DNA of 61,415 nt, counting the filler, from Planctomycetota bacterium (GTDB lineage Bacteria > Planctomycetota > Planctomycetia > JALXBF01): the NCBI GenBank assembly GCA_026991575.1. It is 8 parts of 8 records of this genome, joined end to end, with 100 filler letters (N's around TTAATTAATTAA, not from the genome) between each part and the next. Parts side by side here need not be neighbours in the genome. Positions count along the whole stretch, not along the records: positions 28,274 to 31,883 come from JALXBF010000163.1; positions 31,984 to 35,496 come from JALXBF010000167.1; positions 35,597 to 46,871 come from JALXBF010000168.1; 5 more parts are not named here. One strand, 5' to 3'. Positions 31,407-40,734 of the stretch are shown here, one piece after another. Below the pieces are notes generated by a model. That model worked only from the letters and a program-made list of their open reading frames with translations, was not told the origin of the DNA and ran no database searches. How positions within the stretch are numbered: position 1 is the stretch's first letter; each line of letters opens with the position of its first letter. The position numbers were made by a program, and so were the translations under genes.

Positions 31407-31883
31407 ATGTCTGGGCGTGGTTGGCGACGAAGGATCCTGGTGGCCGTTGCCATCGGTGTCATGGCAGTTCCCCCCAACAGCGTTGGCACGGCGGCGTCCG
31501 GCCCGGTCCGATTAACTGGCATCAGCGTGCCCGACGGTACCGGCCTACCACCTCGGCGGCCCACAAACAGCGGCGCAGGCCGGAGTGCGGCAAGTCAGTC
31601 CTCGGACGACGATTCCAGAAAAGGGGCGGCACAAGCTGCAGAGCCAGTGGAAGCGGTGTTTGACGCAGGCGGCGGCGAGCACAGCAGCCAGCGTCAACCG
31701 TTGATCGCCTGGCAAAAAGGTCACTTCCGGATCGTGCCCTATGGAATCGGCTGGTTGCACGCCTCCTATGACACGTCCCGCACCGTGTCCGGACCGTTCG
31801 TCCTGTTCGTGCACTCGGACGATACTCAGGGGGAGCCCTCCTTCAGCGTTAGCGCACGCGCGACTCGCCTGGGCTTTCAGATC
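31407..31883 (+). CDS. Secreted/outer-membrane protein (DcaP-like porin?), partial
   Basis: Signal peptide, PYG......YDTSRT, ARATRLG; cut by gap. Confidence 0.5.
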
Positions 31884-31983
31884 NNNNNNNNNNNNNNNNN
31901 NNNNNNNNNNNNNNNNNNNNNNNNNNNTTAATTAATTAANNNNNNNNNNNNNNNNNNNNNNNNNNNNNNNNNNNNNNNNNNNN
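31884..31983. other. Artificial contig spacer
   Basis: 44 N + TTAATTAATTAA + 44 N. Confidence 0.99.
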
Positions 31984-32234
31984 TCTTCGTCCAAACGATT
32001 TGGCCGCCTCAGGTCGTCACGAACAAGACGCTTCACCACACGCTCACGGCGTCACAATAGGGACGCAGGGCTTCGCCCGCTGGGCCCTTGCCGTTTAACG
32101 TCCTGCAGACACACGGATGCCGCTGGCTGTGCGCACAGGCCAGACTCGACCAACGCGTCCTTCTGTCCTTCCTTCCACCTGTCTAATCGCAATGAGAAAA
32201 CTGGACGCGCAAACTAACGCATGCAGCTGAGGCA
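31984..32234. repeat. ~250-bp repeat (copy 2 of 6736-6986)
   Basis: Direct alignment by eye; few substitutions. Confidence 0.9.
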
Positions 32235-32312
32235 CGCCTGCGCGTGGGCCGTTCCGTGTGCTGACACCCGGTGTTGCCGCTGGCCGGGCAGGGAGCTTCC
32301 TGCCCCGCGCCG

Positions 32313-32456
32313 GTGCGCGTCGGAGCACGCTCGTTCAGCGCGGTGGAAGTCTTCGCAGGCAGTTTCGTCTGGACCCTGTAGCCGAAGGTAACTGCGTGCT
32401 TCCGAGAGGCTTCCGAGAGGGGCGTGCAGACCAACAACCCCGCGGAGGGGATGGGT
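32313..32456 (+). mobile_element. Group II intron 5' end remnant
   Basis: Starts GTGCG and contains GGTGGAAGTC and TAGCCGAAGGTAACTGCG, which resemble group II domain I motifs. Preceded by a degenerate hairpin repeat ending GCCG (32286-32312). Second copy at 16446 (-). Confidence 0.6.
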
Positions 32457-32457
32457 G

Positions 32458-32600
32458 ATTCAACCCAGCAGCTTGCGTGAATCGGCGGCAGGGGGGCTTT
32501 ACGCCCCCCTGCCGCAAGGTTGATCGGTAGCGCCGGCGCATCCCAAGAAGTTCCTTCGCCGCCGAGCCGCGGGCAGGATCGATCCCGCCCGCGGCTCGGG
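32458..32600 (+). repeat. Two-hairpin interspersed repeat, complete copy
   Basis: TTCAACCC...GCGGCAGGGGGGC-TTTAC-GCCCCCCTGCCGC (13-bp stem, 32485-32515), AAGGTTGATCGGTAGCGC, then a second stem CCGAGCCGCGGGC..TCGA..GCCCGCGGCTCGG (32562-32599). Confidence 0.85.
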
Positions 32601-32662
32601 TGCTGCGATTCGCTTCAGCCGTCGGCGTGGGCGAGGAGATTCCGCTGAGGCTACCGACTGTG

Positions 32663-32736
32663 GTGCCGAATGCGGGAGAACCGTGCGCCCGGTTCGGAGG
32701 GGGCGGGCTCCGGGCAACCGAGCCTGCTACCCCAAT
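32663..32736 (+). mobile_element. Group II intron domains V/VI remnant
   Basis: GTGCCGAATGCGGGAGAACCGTGCGCCCGGTTC (AGC triad changed to TGC), then DVI ending CCCCAAT. Same 3' flank as the 11845 copy. Confidence 0.75.
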
Positions 32737-32941
32737 CCCGGTCAAGCAAGCGGCCCAGTCCATCGGCCGTTGAGCTCACGAATTGCTCCGCGGACGAGGC
32801 GGAGGTGTCCTTCACCGTAGGGCTTGCACACACTGCGAACGGCCTGCTGATAGAGCGGGCGTAAGAGGCGAACCATCGTTGGTGAGTGGACGGTGTGTCC
32901 GGACGGTCACCAGGGACCTGGAGCTGTGCGTTACATGTGTT

Positions 32942-33886
32942 TCAGTCTTTCTCAAAGACGCGTTCGAGAGAGTCGGCCGTTGCCGCGCGACGGATCCACG
33001 CGTTCAGTTCTTCGCTGCCTGCCTGCTCGATCCGCTCACGTGCCCACTGGGGTAGCGGCGCAAAACGCGCTTCCAACACCGCCAGCAATGCTAATCGTTG
33101 GCCCTCTTCGAGCCCTTGCAGACGCCCCTCCTCAAATCCTCGCTGATGGCCCTCTTCAAACCCTTGCCGTCGACATCGTTCCTTGAGCTGTTCCAACCGA
33201 GTGTTGACCTCTTCGATCTTCGACATGGCTGATAACTCCTCCTCAGTTAACTCCCCACCCAACACCACAGACCCCGCAAAGTACGCAAACGAAGGCTCCA
33301 GATGAGCCAAACCATGTGCCCGCAAGTGCGCCGCCAACTCCCGCAGCAACTCGACCACCCGCTTCGCATCCTGCTCCCGCTGCAGTCGAAACGCATAGCT
33401 GATCAGCGGACAGTCCGCCCACCGCTCCAGCGGTTCGTGCCAGACATCGATCCGGACGTACCCAATGCTGGGGCCCCGCCATCTCTCCCCAATCCACTCC
33501 GCCGCCGTCCAACGCTCCTCTCCATTGTAAATCACCACCCCGACCACCAACGGCACCGCCTGCACCCCACGCGACAACAGCTCCCGCCTCACCGACCGCC
33601 ACGCCAGCACCATGTACTCCATCATGCGACCCAGCATGTCCTGCTCCACCGTGCGGGTGAATTCAAACACCACCACCACGTACCGGCCCTCCACCTCCGC
33701 ACCCCCCACCAGGTCCGCCAGACGCGATCGGTCCGCACGCCGACTCACGTGGCCTTCCGCAGCGCGATAGAGGTTCCGAATCTGCACCGGCCGGTCCCAC
33801 AGGAGGCGGAAGAGGCCCGAGAGCAGTTCCATGACCACTTCGGGGTTGGCGAACAACTGTCTGTAGGCTTTGTCATGCACTCCCAT
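32942..33886 (-). CDS. Rpn-family nuclease, full copy with 3 C-terminal repeats; internal start at 33226 (94 aa)
   Basis: Near-identical to 10605..11645 outside the repeat tract. Confidence 0.9.
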   Translation of the reverse strand: MGVHDKAYRQLFANPEVVMELLSGLFRLLWDRPVQIRNLYRAAEGHVSRRADRSRLADLVGGAEVEGRYVVVVFEFTRTVEQDMLGRMMEYMVLAWRSVRRELLSRGVQAVPLVVGVVIYNGEERWTAAEWIGERWRGPSIGYVRIDVWHEPLERWADCPLISYAFRLQREQDAKRVVELLRELAAHLRAHGLAHLEPSFAYFAGSVVLGGELTEEELSAMSKIEEVNTRLEQLKERCRRQGFEEGHQRGFEEGRLQGLEEGQRLALLAVLEARFAPLPQWARERIEQAGSEELNAWIRRAATADSLERVFEKD

Positions 33887-34513
33887 CGTCCGCCACCGTC
33901 AATTGTCTTGTAACAATTGTCTTGTAACAGTGAGTTGTAGCCGTATCGCAGGCTCCGACTGGCGACCTGGTGCGTGCAGCCGTGGCTACGGTTGGCCGGC
34001 CGCAGGCAGCCCTGTCCCCGCGCGCGGTGTACAGTTGGGCGTGGGGCGGGGTTGGTGTTTGTCATGGTGGACGCTTATGGCACATGCCGTGCCAAAGCGG
34101 CCGGCGGGTGTGCGGTCTAGCCACATGTTTTGACAAGACAATACCTTATGTTGAGCACCGTGAGGGCGCTAGTCGGCAAATGAGGGTGAGCGCGCGCCGC
34201 GCGCGCGGCGCTGGTGGGACAGGCTCCGGCTCGGTTGTGCTGCGTAGGCACGGCTCAGCGGGCGGCTGGGCTGGTGGGCGGATCATTTCAATCGGCCGCT
34301 GTTTCTTCTGGGGGGTCGGTTCGACGGGATGCCCTACCCAGGGCGGGTGGGCGCCGCCGGCGATGATCTGAGCCTGCGGGGATGCGGATGCACCCGACGA
34401 GAGAGGGGTATCTTGCCCCGGGCGTCAGGGACGTGGTTGCCTTTTTCGTGATTCGCGTTGGCGGGTTGGTTTCGGGTGCGTTGGCAGCCGGTTTTGCCGG
34501 CGTCGGAGGACGG

Positions 34514-34587
34514 TTCACCTCGCCAGCTGCCGTGAAGTCGGGGGTGGGAGCTTTATGCCCCGCTGCTGCTCTATTGATGGGTAGCGC
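34514..34587 (+). repeat. Degenerate copy of the hairpin repeat
   Basis: TTCACCTCGCCAGC...GGGAGCTTTATGCCCCGCTGCTGC..TTGATGGGTAGCGC aligns with the 58693-58765 and 32458 copies. Confidence 0.65.
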
Positions 34588-34727
34588 GGAAGGGCTCCGT
34601 GATCGTATCGCTTGCGCACGCCGCGAACCACCTGCCGGTAGAGTGGGCGCCGGAGCCGAAGCTGTCCCCACGCGGACCGTGCGCCTAGTCCGCCAGCATA
34701 GATCTGAAGCTCTGGACCAGAGGTGTT

Positions 34728-35496
34728 TTAGTCGCTGTCAAAGACGCGTTCGAGAGAGTCGGCCGTTGCCGCGCGACGGATCCACGCGTTCAGTTCTTCG
34801 CTGCCTGCCTGTCGATCCGCTCACGTGCCAACTGGGGTAGCGGCGCAAAACGCGCTTCCAAGACCGCCAGCAATGCTAATCGCTGGCCCTCTTCGAGCCC
34901 CTGTAGGCGTCCCTCTTTAAGCCCTCGCTCACGCCCCTCCTCGAACCCCTCCTCAAATCCGCGCTGACGGCCCTCTTCAAACCCTTGCTGTCGACATCGT
35001 TCCTTGAGCTGTTCCAACCGAGTGTTAACCTCTTCGATCTTCGACATGGCCGATAACTCCTCATCAGTTAACTCTCCACCCAACACCACAGACCCCGCAA
35101 AGTACGCAAACGAAGGCTCCAGATGAGCCAAACCATGTGCCCGCAGGTGCGCCGCCAACTCCCGCAGCAACTCGACCACCCGCTCCGCATCCTGCTCCCG
35201 CTGCAGTCGAAACGCATAGCTGATCAGCGGACAGTCCGCCCACCGCTCCAGCGGATCGTGCCAGACGTCGATCCGGACGTACCCAATGCTGGGGCCCCGC
35301 CATCTCTCCCCAATCCACTCCGCCGCCGTCCAACGCTCCTCTCCATTGTAAATCACCACCCCGACCACTAACGGCACCGCCGGCACCCCACGCGACAACA
35401 GCTCCCGCCTCACCGACCGCCACGCCAGCGCCATGTACTCCATCATGCGACCCAGCATGTCCTGCTCCACGGTGCGGGTGAATTCAAGCACCACCA
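34728..35496 (-). pseudogene. Rpn-family nuclease, 5' end in gap, 1-nt deletion near 34811
   Basis: CCTGCCTGTCGATCC vs CCTGCCTGCTCGATCC in the 32942 copy. The homologous tail ...LERVFDSD* ends at 34728. Internal ATG at 35047. Confidence 0.8.
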
Positions 35497-35596
35497 NNNN
35501 NNNNNNNNNNNNNNNNNNNNNNNNNNNNNNNNNNNNNNNNTTAATTAATTAANNNNNNNNNNNNNNNNNNNNNNNNNNNNNNNNNNNNNNNNNNNN
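35497..35596. other. Artificial contig spacer
   Basis: 44 N + TTAATTAATTAA + 44 N. Confidence 0.99.
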
Positions 35597-35854
<258 letters not shown>

Positions 35855-35862
35855 AGCCGGCC

Positions 35863-36279
35863 ATGAGCAGTGAACGATCGGTCCATTGCCTGGTGATCAC
35901 GCCAGAAAAGACCGTCGTGGATGAGCGGGTGGATGCCGTGATCGTGCCGCTGTACGACGGTGAGTTCGGGATCTACCCGGACCGAGCCCCTGTGGTCGGC
36001 CGGCTGGGCCACGGCGAGCTACGCTTGTATGCGGGAGCACTGGTGAAGCGGCTCTACGTCGACGGCGGTTTCGTCCAGGTGAAGGCGAACCAGGTGTCGG
36101 TACTGACACCGACCGCCGCAGCGCCGGAGGAGCTGAACGAGGACGAGGTCCAACAGCGGCTGCAGCAGTACGTGCGGATGGTCCCGCGCACACCGGAAGA
36201 AGAGGCCGAACGGGAACGAGAGATCAACCGGGCCGTGGGACAGCTGCTGGTCATCCACCGTGCTGCCGCCGCCCGCTAA
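35863..36279 (+). CDS. atpC: ATP synthase F1 epsilon subunit
   Basis: ITPE, GEFGI, VDGGFVQV; follows atpD. Confidence 0.9.
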   Translation: MSSERSVHCLVITPEKTVVDERVDAVIVPLYDGEFGIYPDRAPVVGRLGHGELRLYAGALVKRLYVDGGFVQVKANQVSVLTPTAAAPEELNEDEVQQRLQQYVRMVPRTPEEEAEREREINRAVGQLLVIHRAAAAR

Positions 36280-36292
36280 CTGATCGTTCGAC

Positions 36293-39136
36293 TTGACTGC
36301 CCAGGCCTGGCCACGAACAAGCTGGCGGCAAGCGTTCGCCTGGCTGGCCGCCGCCACATCGGTCGCCTGTCTGGTCCTGGGCTATTTCCGTGCCGTGTGG
36401 CTCAGCCCCACAAATTTCATCTACCGCGACGCGGGCCACTTCTACTACCCGCTCTACTTCGTTGTGGCCGATCAATGGGCCTCAGGGCACTGGCCACTGT
36501 GGAATCCGCTGGAAAATGCCGGTACGCCCCTGCTGGCTAACCCTGCCAGTGCCGTTCTCTATCCCGTGCGGATCGTCATCTTCCACCACCTGGGCCTCAC
36601 CTACGCGACCGCGTACAAGACGTACATCCTGTTCCATGCAGTACTCTGCGGCTGGGGGGCCTGGCTGCTGGGACGGCGCCTCCGGCTGAATCATGCAGCT
36701 GCGGTGCTGGCCGCGATCGGCTACGCGCTGGCCGCCCCCGTGCTCTTCCAGTACTCGAACGTCATCTTTCTGGTGGGAGCTGCCTGGACCCCCTTCGGAC
36801 TGCTCGGCACCTTGCGACTCGTGTACGGTCAATCGTTCTCGGGCATGCTGCTGCTAGCCACCGCCCTGGCGATGCAACTGCTGGGCGGCGATCCGCAGGC
36901 AGCTTATACCACCCTCCTGCTGACCCTGCTGGCGCTAGCCGTGCGGCGGCCGAGCTGGGCAGTCGCCGCGCTGGCAACCGCCGCAGCGTGGGCAACAGTA
37001 GCACACGGCGAATCCGAGCTGGCCGCGTGGCTCCTGGGCCTGACGGCGCTCGTGGGCGCAGCCACACAGCACTGGCCACAACGCGCCACGTGGCGCATCC
37101 CCAGACGCACTGTGCTCGTCCCGGTCGTCGCGGCAGTACTCATTGCCGCCGGCAGCACGGCCGCACAATGGATCCCGACGACCGAACTGACCGCCAGGTC
37201 ACGGCGAGCTGCCGAGAGGGGAGGACACAGTCCGTACGGCTTTGAGCTGCCGCCGTGGCGACTCCTGGAGTTCATCTGGCCCGCATGCTTTGGCAGACAG
37301 TTCCCCGAAAACACACGCTGGATCGAGGCCTACTACGCACGCTACTCCGAATGGCTCCGACAGCGCACCGTCAGGCTCCAGCGCCCTGAGTTGGAAGGCC
37401 TTGAACAGGTGCTCCCTATCGAGTACGACCCGGAGAACGATGCCGCTAAGTACCAGGAGTACATTTGGGTGCCGAGCCTCTACGGCAGCATCGTGGTCGT
37501 GCTGCTTGCCCTGGCAGCCTTTTCACTGAAAGCAACCTCGGCCGAAACCCGCTGGCTCTCCTGGGCCGCCCTGCTCTTACTTGTCGCTAGTCTGGGGCGG
37601 TGGGCCGCGCTGTACGTGTTCATGGTCCACGGACTGCCTTTCTTCGACACGTTCCGCTACCCGTCCAAGCTGTTAACGCCAGCCGCGCTGATGATCGCAC
37701 TCCTGGCGGGCGTCGGCTTCGAAGGGCTCCTCTCCGGTCGACTCGCGCGCAGGTTGCTGCGGCTGACCGTCGCAACCGCCGGCGTCTCGGTCCTGGCGCT
37801 AGGTGCCTGGTACCTTGCACGCGAACCACTGATCCAAAGCTGGGCCGGCACCGTGGTCGCCCGCGCCACCTCCTACTACGGACCGCTCCAACTGCAAGCC
37901 GCATGGCGGCACACGGCGTGGTCCCTACTGCACGGAACGCTGGTGTGCGTGCTGTTTGCGGTCCTGCTCTGCGTGTCGCGTCGCCGGCAGTTCCGCCCCC
38001 TAGCGCTCGCCGTGCCGGCGTTGGCCGCAGCCGACGTGTACCTTGCCAACGCTTGGCTGCTGGTGGTAGCGCCGCAAGCCGAGATCGACCGCCGGCCAAC
38101 GGCGTTGCAAATTATCGAAGCGGACGCCGCCAGACGCGGCATAGGCGACGGGTACCGCGTTTACCGGGCTGCCAGCTTCTCGCCACGCGCCTGGTGGACG
38201 ACAGCCAGCAGCGAACGCGAGATTGAAATCTTCCGCTGGGAAAAGGACACGCTTCAACCGAAGTACGGTGAGATCTGGCAACTGCGCTACGTCGTCACGG
38301 AAACAACGATCGATCTCTACGACTATTGGTGGTTCTTCGCCCCGTTCTTCAGCAACGTTCAGCCGGGACGCGTGGTCTACTACCCGAAACGCGGCTACGA
38401 TCTCTGGGGTACGCGCTACCTGGTGCTTCCCACCCGCTTTCTCCCATACGACGAGGACACCGGTCTGGCAAGTCTGGCCGAAGGCTGTGAGGTTGTCTAC
38501 CGCAGCACGGATCCCGACGAGGATTACCAGGTGCTCTTCAACCCCAACGCGTTCCCGCGGGCATGGCTGGTTCACCGGGTGCATTACTGGCCCCAGATCC
38601 GCGGCTTGCGCCGGGCCGATCGTATGGAACTGATGCGGCGACTGCTGTACCCTGGCCCGAACCGCTGGTGGTCAGAGCGATCGTTGGACAAGGAGCCGTT
38701 TGACCCCCGGCGCGAGGCGTTCGTAGAAGCGGATCGGCCGGACGCGCTGCCGCAGCTGGAAGCTCCGCGCGGTGACGATCCGGAGCACTGCACGCTGGTT
38801 CGCGAAGAGGCAGGCGAGCTGGAGCTGGAAGTGAAGGCAACCGCTCGGGCCCTCGTCGTCGTCGCCGACGTCTTCTACCCCGGGTGGCGTGCCTACGTAG
38901 ATGGTCGGCCCACGAAGATCTACCGCGTCAACCGGATCATGCGGGGGGTCGTCGTGGACCCGGGCGTGCATCGCGTACTGTTTCGCTATGAGCCGCACAG
39001 CTTTCGGCTGGGCATGCTCGGCACGCAGATCACGCTAGCGGCCGTGGCACTCTGCGGCAGCGCGATGTTGCTCGTGCGGGGTCTGAACCGGCTCCGCCGT
39101 GCGTTTGTCGACCCACCTGCGCCCGATTCGACCTAG
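36293..39136 (+). CDS. YfhO-family (GT-C) membrane protein
   Basis: RD...FYYP, PLWNP....G.PLLANP, FRYPSK, YPGWRA.VDG. Confidence 0.85.
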   Translation: MTAQAWPRTSWRQAFAWLAAATSVACLVLGYFRAVWLSPTNFIYRDAGHFYYPLYFVVADQWASGHWPLWNPLENAGTPLLANPASAVLYPVRIVIFHHLGLTYATAYKTYILFHAVLCGWGAWLLGRRLRLNHAAAVLAAIGYALAAPVLFQYSNVIFLVGAAWTPFGLLGTLRLVYGQSFSGMLLLATALAMQLLGGDPQAAYTTLLLTLLALAVRRPSWAVAALATAAAWATVAHGESELAAWLLGLTALVGAATQHWPQRATWRIPRRTVLVPVVAAVLIAAGSTAAQWIPTTELTARSRRAAERGGHSPYGFELPPWRLLEFIWPACFGRQFPENTRWIEAYYARYSEWLRQRTVRLQRPELEGLEQVLPIEYDPENDAAKYQEYIWVPSLYGSIVVVLLALAAFSLKATSAETRWLSWAALLLLVASLGRWAALYVFMVHGLPFFDTFRYPSKLLTPAALMIALLAGVGFEGLLSGRLARRLLRLTVATAGVSVLALGAWYLAREPLIQSWAGTVVARATSYYGPLQLQAAWRHTAWSLLHGTLVCVLFAVLLCVSRRRQFRPLALAVPALAAADVYLANAWLLVVAPQAEIDRRPTALQIIEADAARRGIGDGYRVYRAASFSPRAWWTTASSEREIEIFRWEKDTLQPKYGEIWQLRYVVTETTIDLYDYWWFFAPFFSNVQPGRVVYYPKRGYDLWGTRYLVLPTRFLPYDEDTGLASLAEGCEVVYRSTDPDEDYQVLFNPNAFPRAWLVHRVHYWPQIRGLRRADRMELMRRLLYPGPNRWWSERSLDKEPFDPRREAFVEADRPDALPQLEAPRGDDPEHCTLVREEAGELELEVKATARALVVVADVFYPGWRAYVDGRPTKIYRVNRIMRGVVVDPGVHRVLFRYEPHSFRLGMLGTQITLAAVALCGSAMLLVRGLNRLRRAFVDPPAPDST

Positions 39137-39206
39137 CCAGGTAAGCCGGCCGGCACTGGCGGCCCTGGCATCGGCCACGATTGGCCGCCTCCCGGCTTGC
39201 CTCCAG

Positions 39207-40169
39207 TCATATATGCCACTCCAGCGGTGCGCCGCCAAGGTCCGCCTTCGGACTGCCCGTCTTGCTCTTGAACCTCAGCCTCGGCTTCTCCATCGTGACT
39301 ACCGTGTAGGGCGCAACGCTCTCGATAAGCCAGACGTTTGAGCCGATGACTGAGTGGTGACCAATGACGGTGTCACCGCCCAGGATAGTAGCATTCGCGT
39401 AGATGACGACATCGTTCTCGATGGTCGGGTGCCGCTTGTGGCCGCGCACAAGCTTACCTCGTTCATCCTTCGGGAAACTCAATGCCCCCAGGGTTACGCC
39501 CTGGTAGATCTTCACGTTGTCACCGATCTCGGTCGTCTCGCCGATCACCACGCCGGTGGCGTGGTCGATGAAGAAGCTGCGTCCGATCTTGGCGCCCGGA
39601 TGGATATCGACACCGGTTCGGGAGTGCGCATATTCGGTCATGATTCGCGGGATAAGCGGTACGTCGAGCCGATATAGTTCATGCGCCAGCCGGTAGATGG
39701 TGACCGCTTCGAAGCCCGGATAGCAGAAGACGATCTCGTCGATGCTCCGTGCTGCGGGATCTCCGTCGTACGCCGCCTGTGCGTCGTCCTCCAAGACGCT
39801 ACGCAACTCAGGGATCGTCTCCAAAAACGCTAGCGTTTTCTGTTCGGCAAGCGCTTCCAGCTCGTCGCAATCCAGCGACGCGTGGCCGTTGTGTCGCAGA
39901 GCACGGCTAATCTGTTCGGTTAGGATGTCGTAAACGCGGTCAAGCAAGTCGCCGACATAGAAGCCAACGTTGCGCAGGTTCAAGTTCTGCCGGTGGCCGT
40001 AGCCCGGGTAGAGGATCTCCTTCAGCAGCTCGATCGCCGCAACGATCGCTTCGCGGCTCGGAAGGCTGGAATGCCCCAGGTGGTGGATTTTTCCCACCTG
40101 CGTGTAGGTAGCCACAATCCGATCGGCCAGCTCGGGAAGTCGGTTCTTCGGTCGGGTCACTACTGCCAT
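39207..40169 (-). CDS. cysE: Serine O-acetyltransferase
   Basis: [32 protein letters not shown]. Confidence 0.92.
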   Translation of the reverse strand: MAVVTRPKNRLPELADRIVATYTQVGKIHHLGHSSLPSREAIVAAIELLKEILYPGYGHRQNLNLRNVGFYVGDLLDRVYDILTEQISRALRHNGHASLDCDELEALAEQKTLAFLETIPELRSVLEDDAQAAYDGDPAARSIDEIVFCYPGFEAVTIYRLAHELYRLDVPLIPRIMTEYAHSRTGVDIHPGAKIGRSFFIDHATGVVIGETTEIGDNVKIYQGVTLGALSFPKDERGKLVRGHKRHPTIENDVVIYANATILGGDTVIGHHSVIGSNVWLIESVAPYTVVTMEKPRLRFKSKTGSPKADLGGAPLEWHI

Positions 40170-40734
40170 GGCACTAGCCCCCCGGTCGTCGTGGGCCTTG
40201 GGTGGTGGGAAACAGCCAACAGAGAAAGGAACACACTTGGGTGTAGCTCAATGGCTCTGTCCGGCGAACGCCGGACAGCAACAGGTGCAGGTGAGGCGTT
40301 TTTCGCAGCGCAGAGTGGTGGGGAACATGGGGGTGTAACTTTTGCAATTGCTCTGCGTCACTTCCAGTCTATGGTTCCTTTGCTGTCTTCGGCAAGTAGG
40401 CGTCGTTAAAATCAGCAGATTCCGCGCCAGACCGGCATGCGTCGCGGTCGCAAGCCCCTTCAACGACCTACGGCGTGGACCGCAACAAACGGTGGTTGCC
40501 ACTGGCAATCCCGGTCAGGAGCCGGTTGCGCAGGATAGCCCCTGCCACGTTTGGCAAACTGCTCGCCACTGTCTCGCCCTTCAAAACACGTGCGGCCCGG
40601 CCGTAGTGATTGGCCGGGCCGCGTGTGCATCGGTCCAATTGGTCGTCGGGCAACGGTACCGACCGTTTGCGCCAGGGAGCCTGCGCCACTGCCGCTGCCG
40701 CCGCGGCCGTGGCCTCGGGACGCAGTCAGCGGTC

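Noticed and set aside
32458..32525. Hairpin repeat as an integron attC site
   Set aside because: ATTCAAC fits R'', but GTTGATC/GTTGATG does not fit GTTRRRY. The fold is asymmetric, orientations alternate, and there are no cassette ORFs or integrase.
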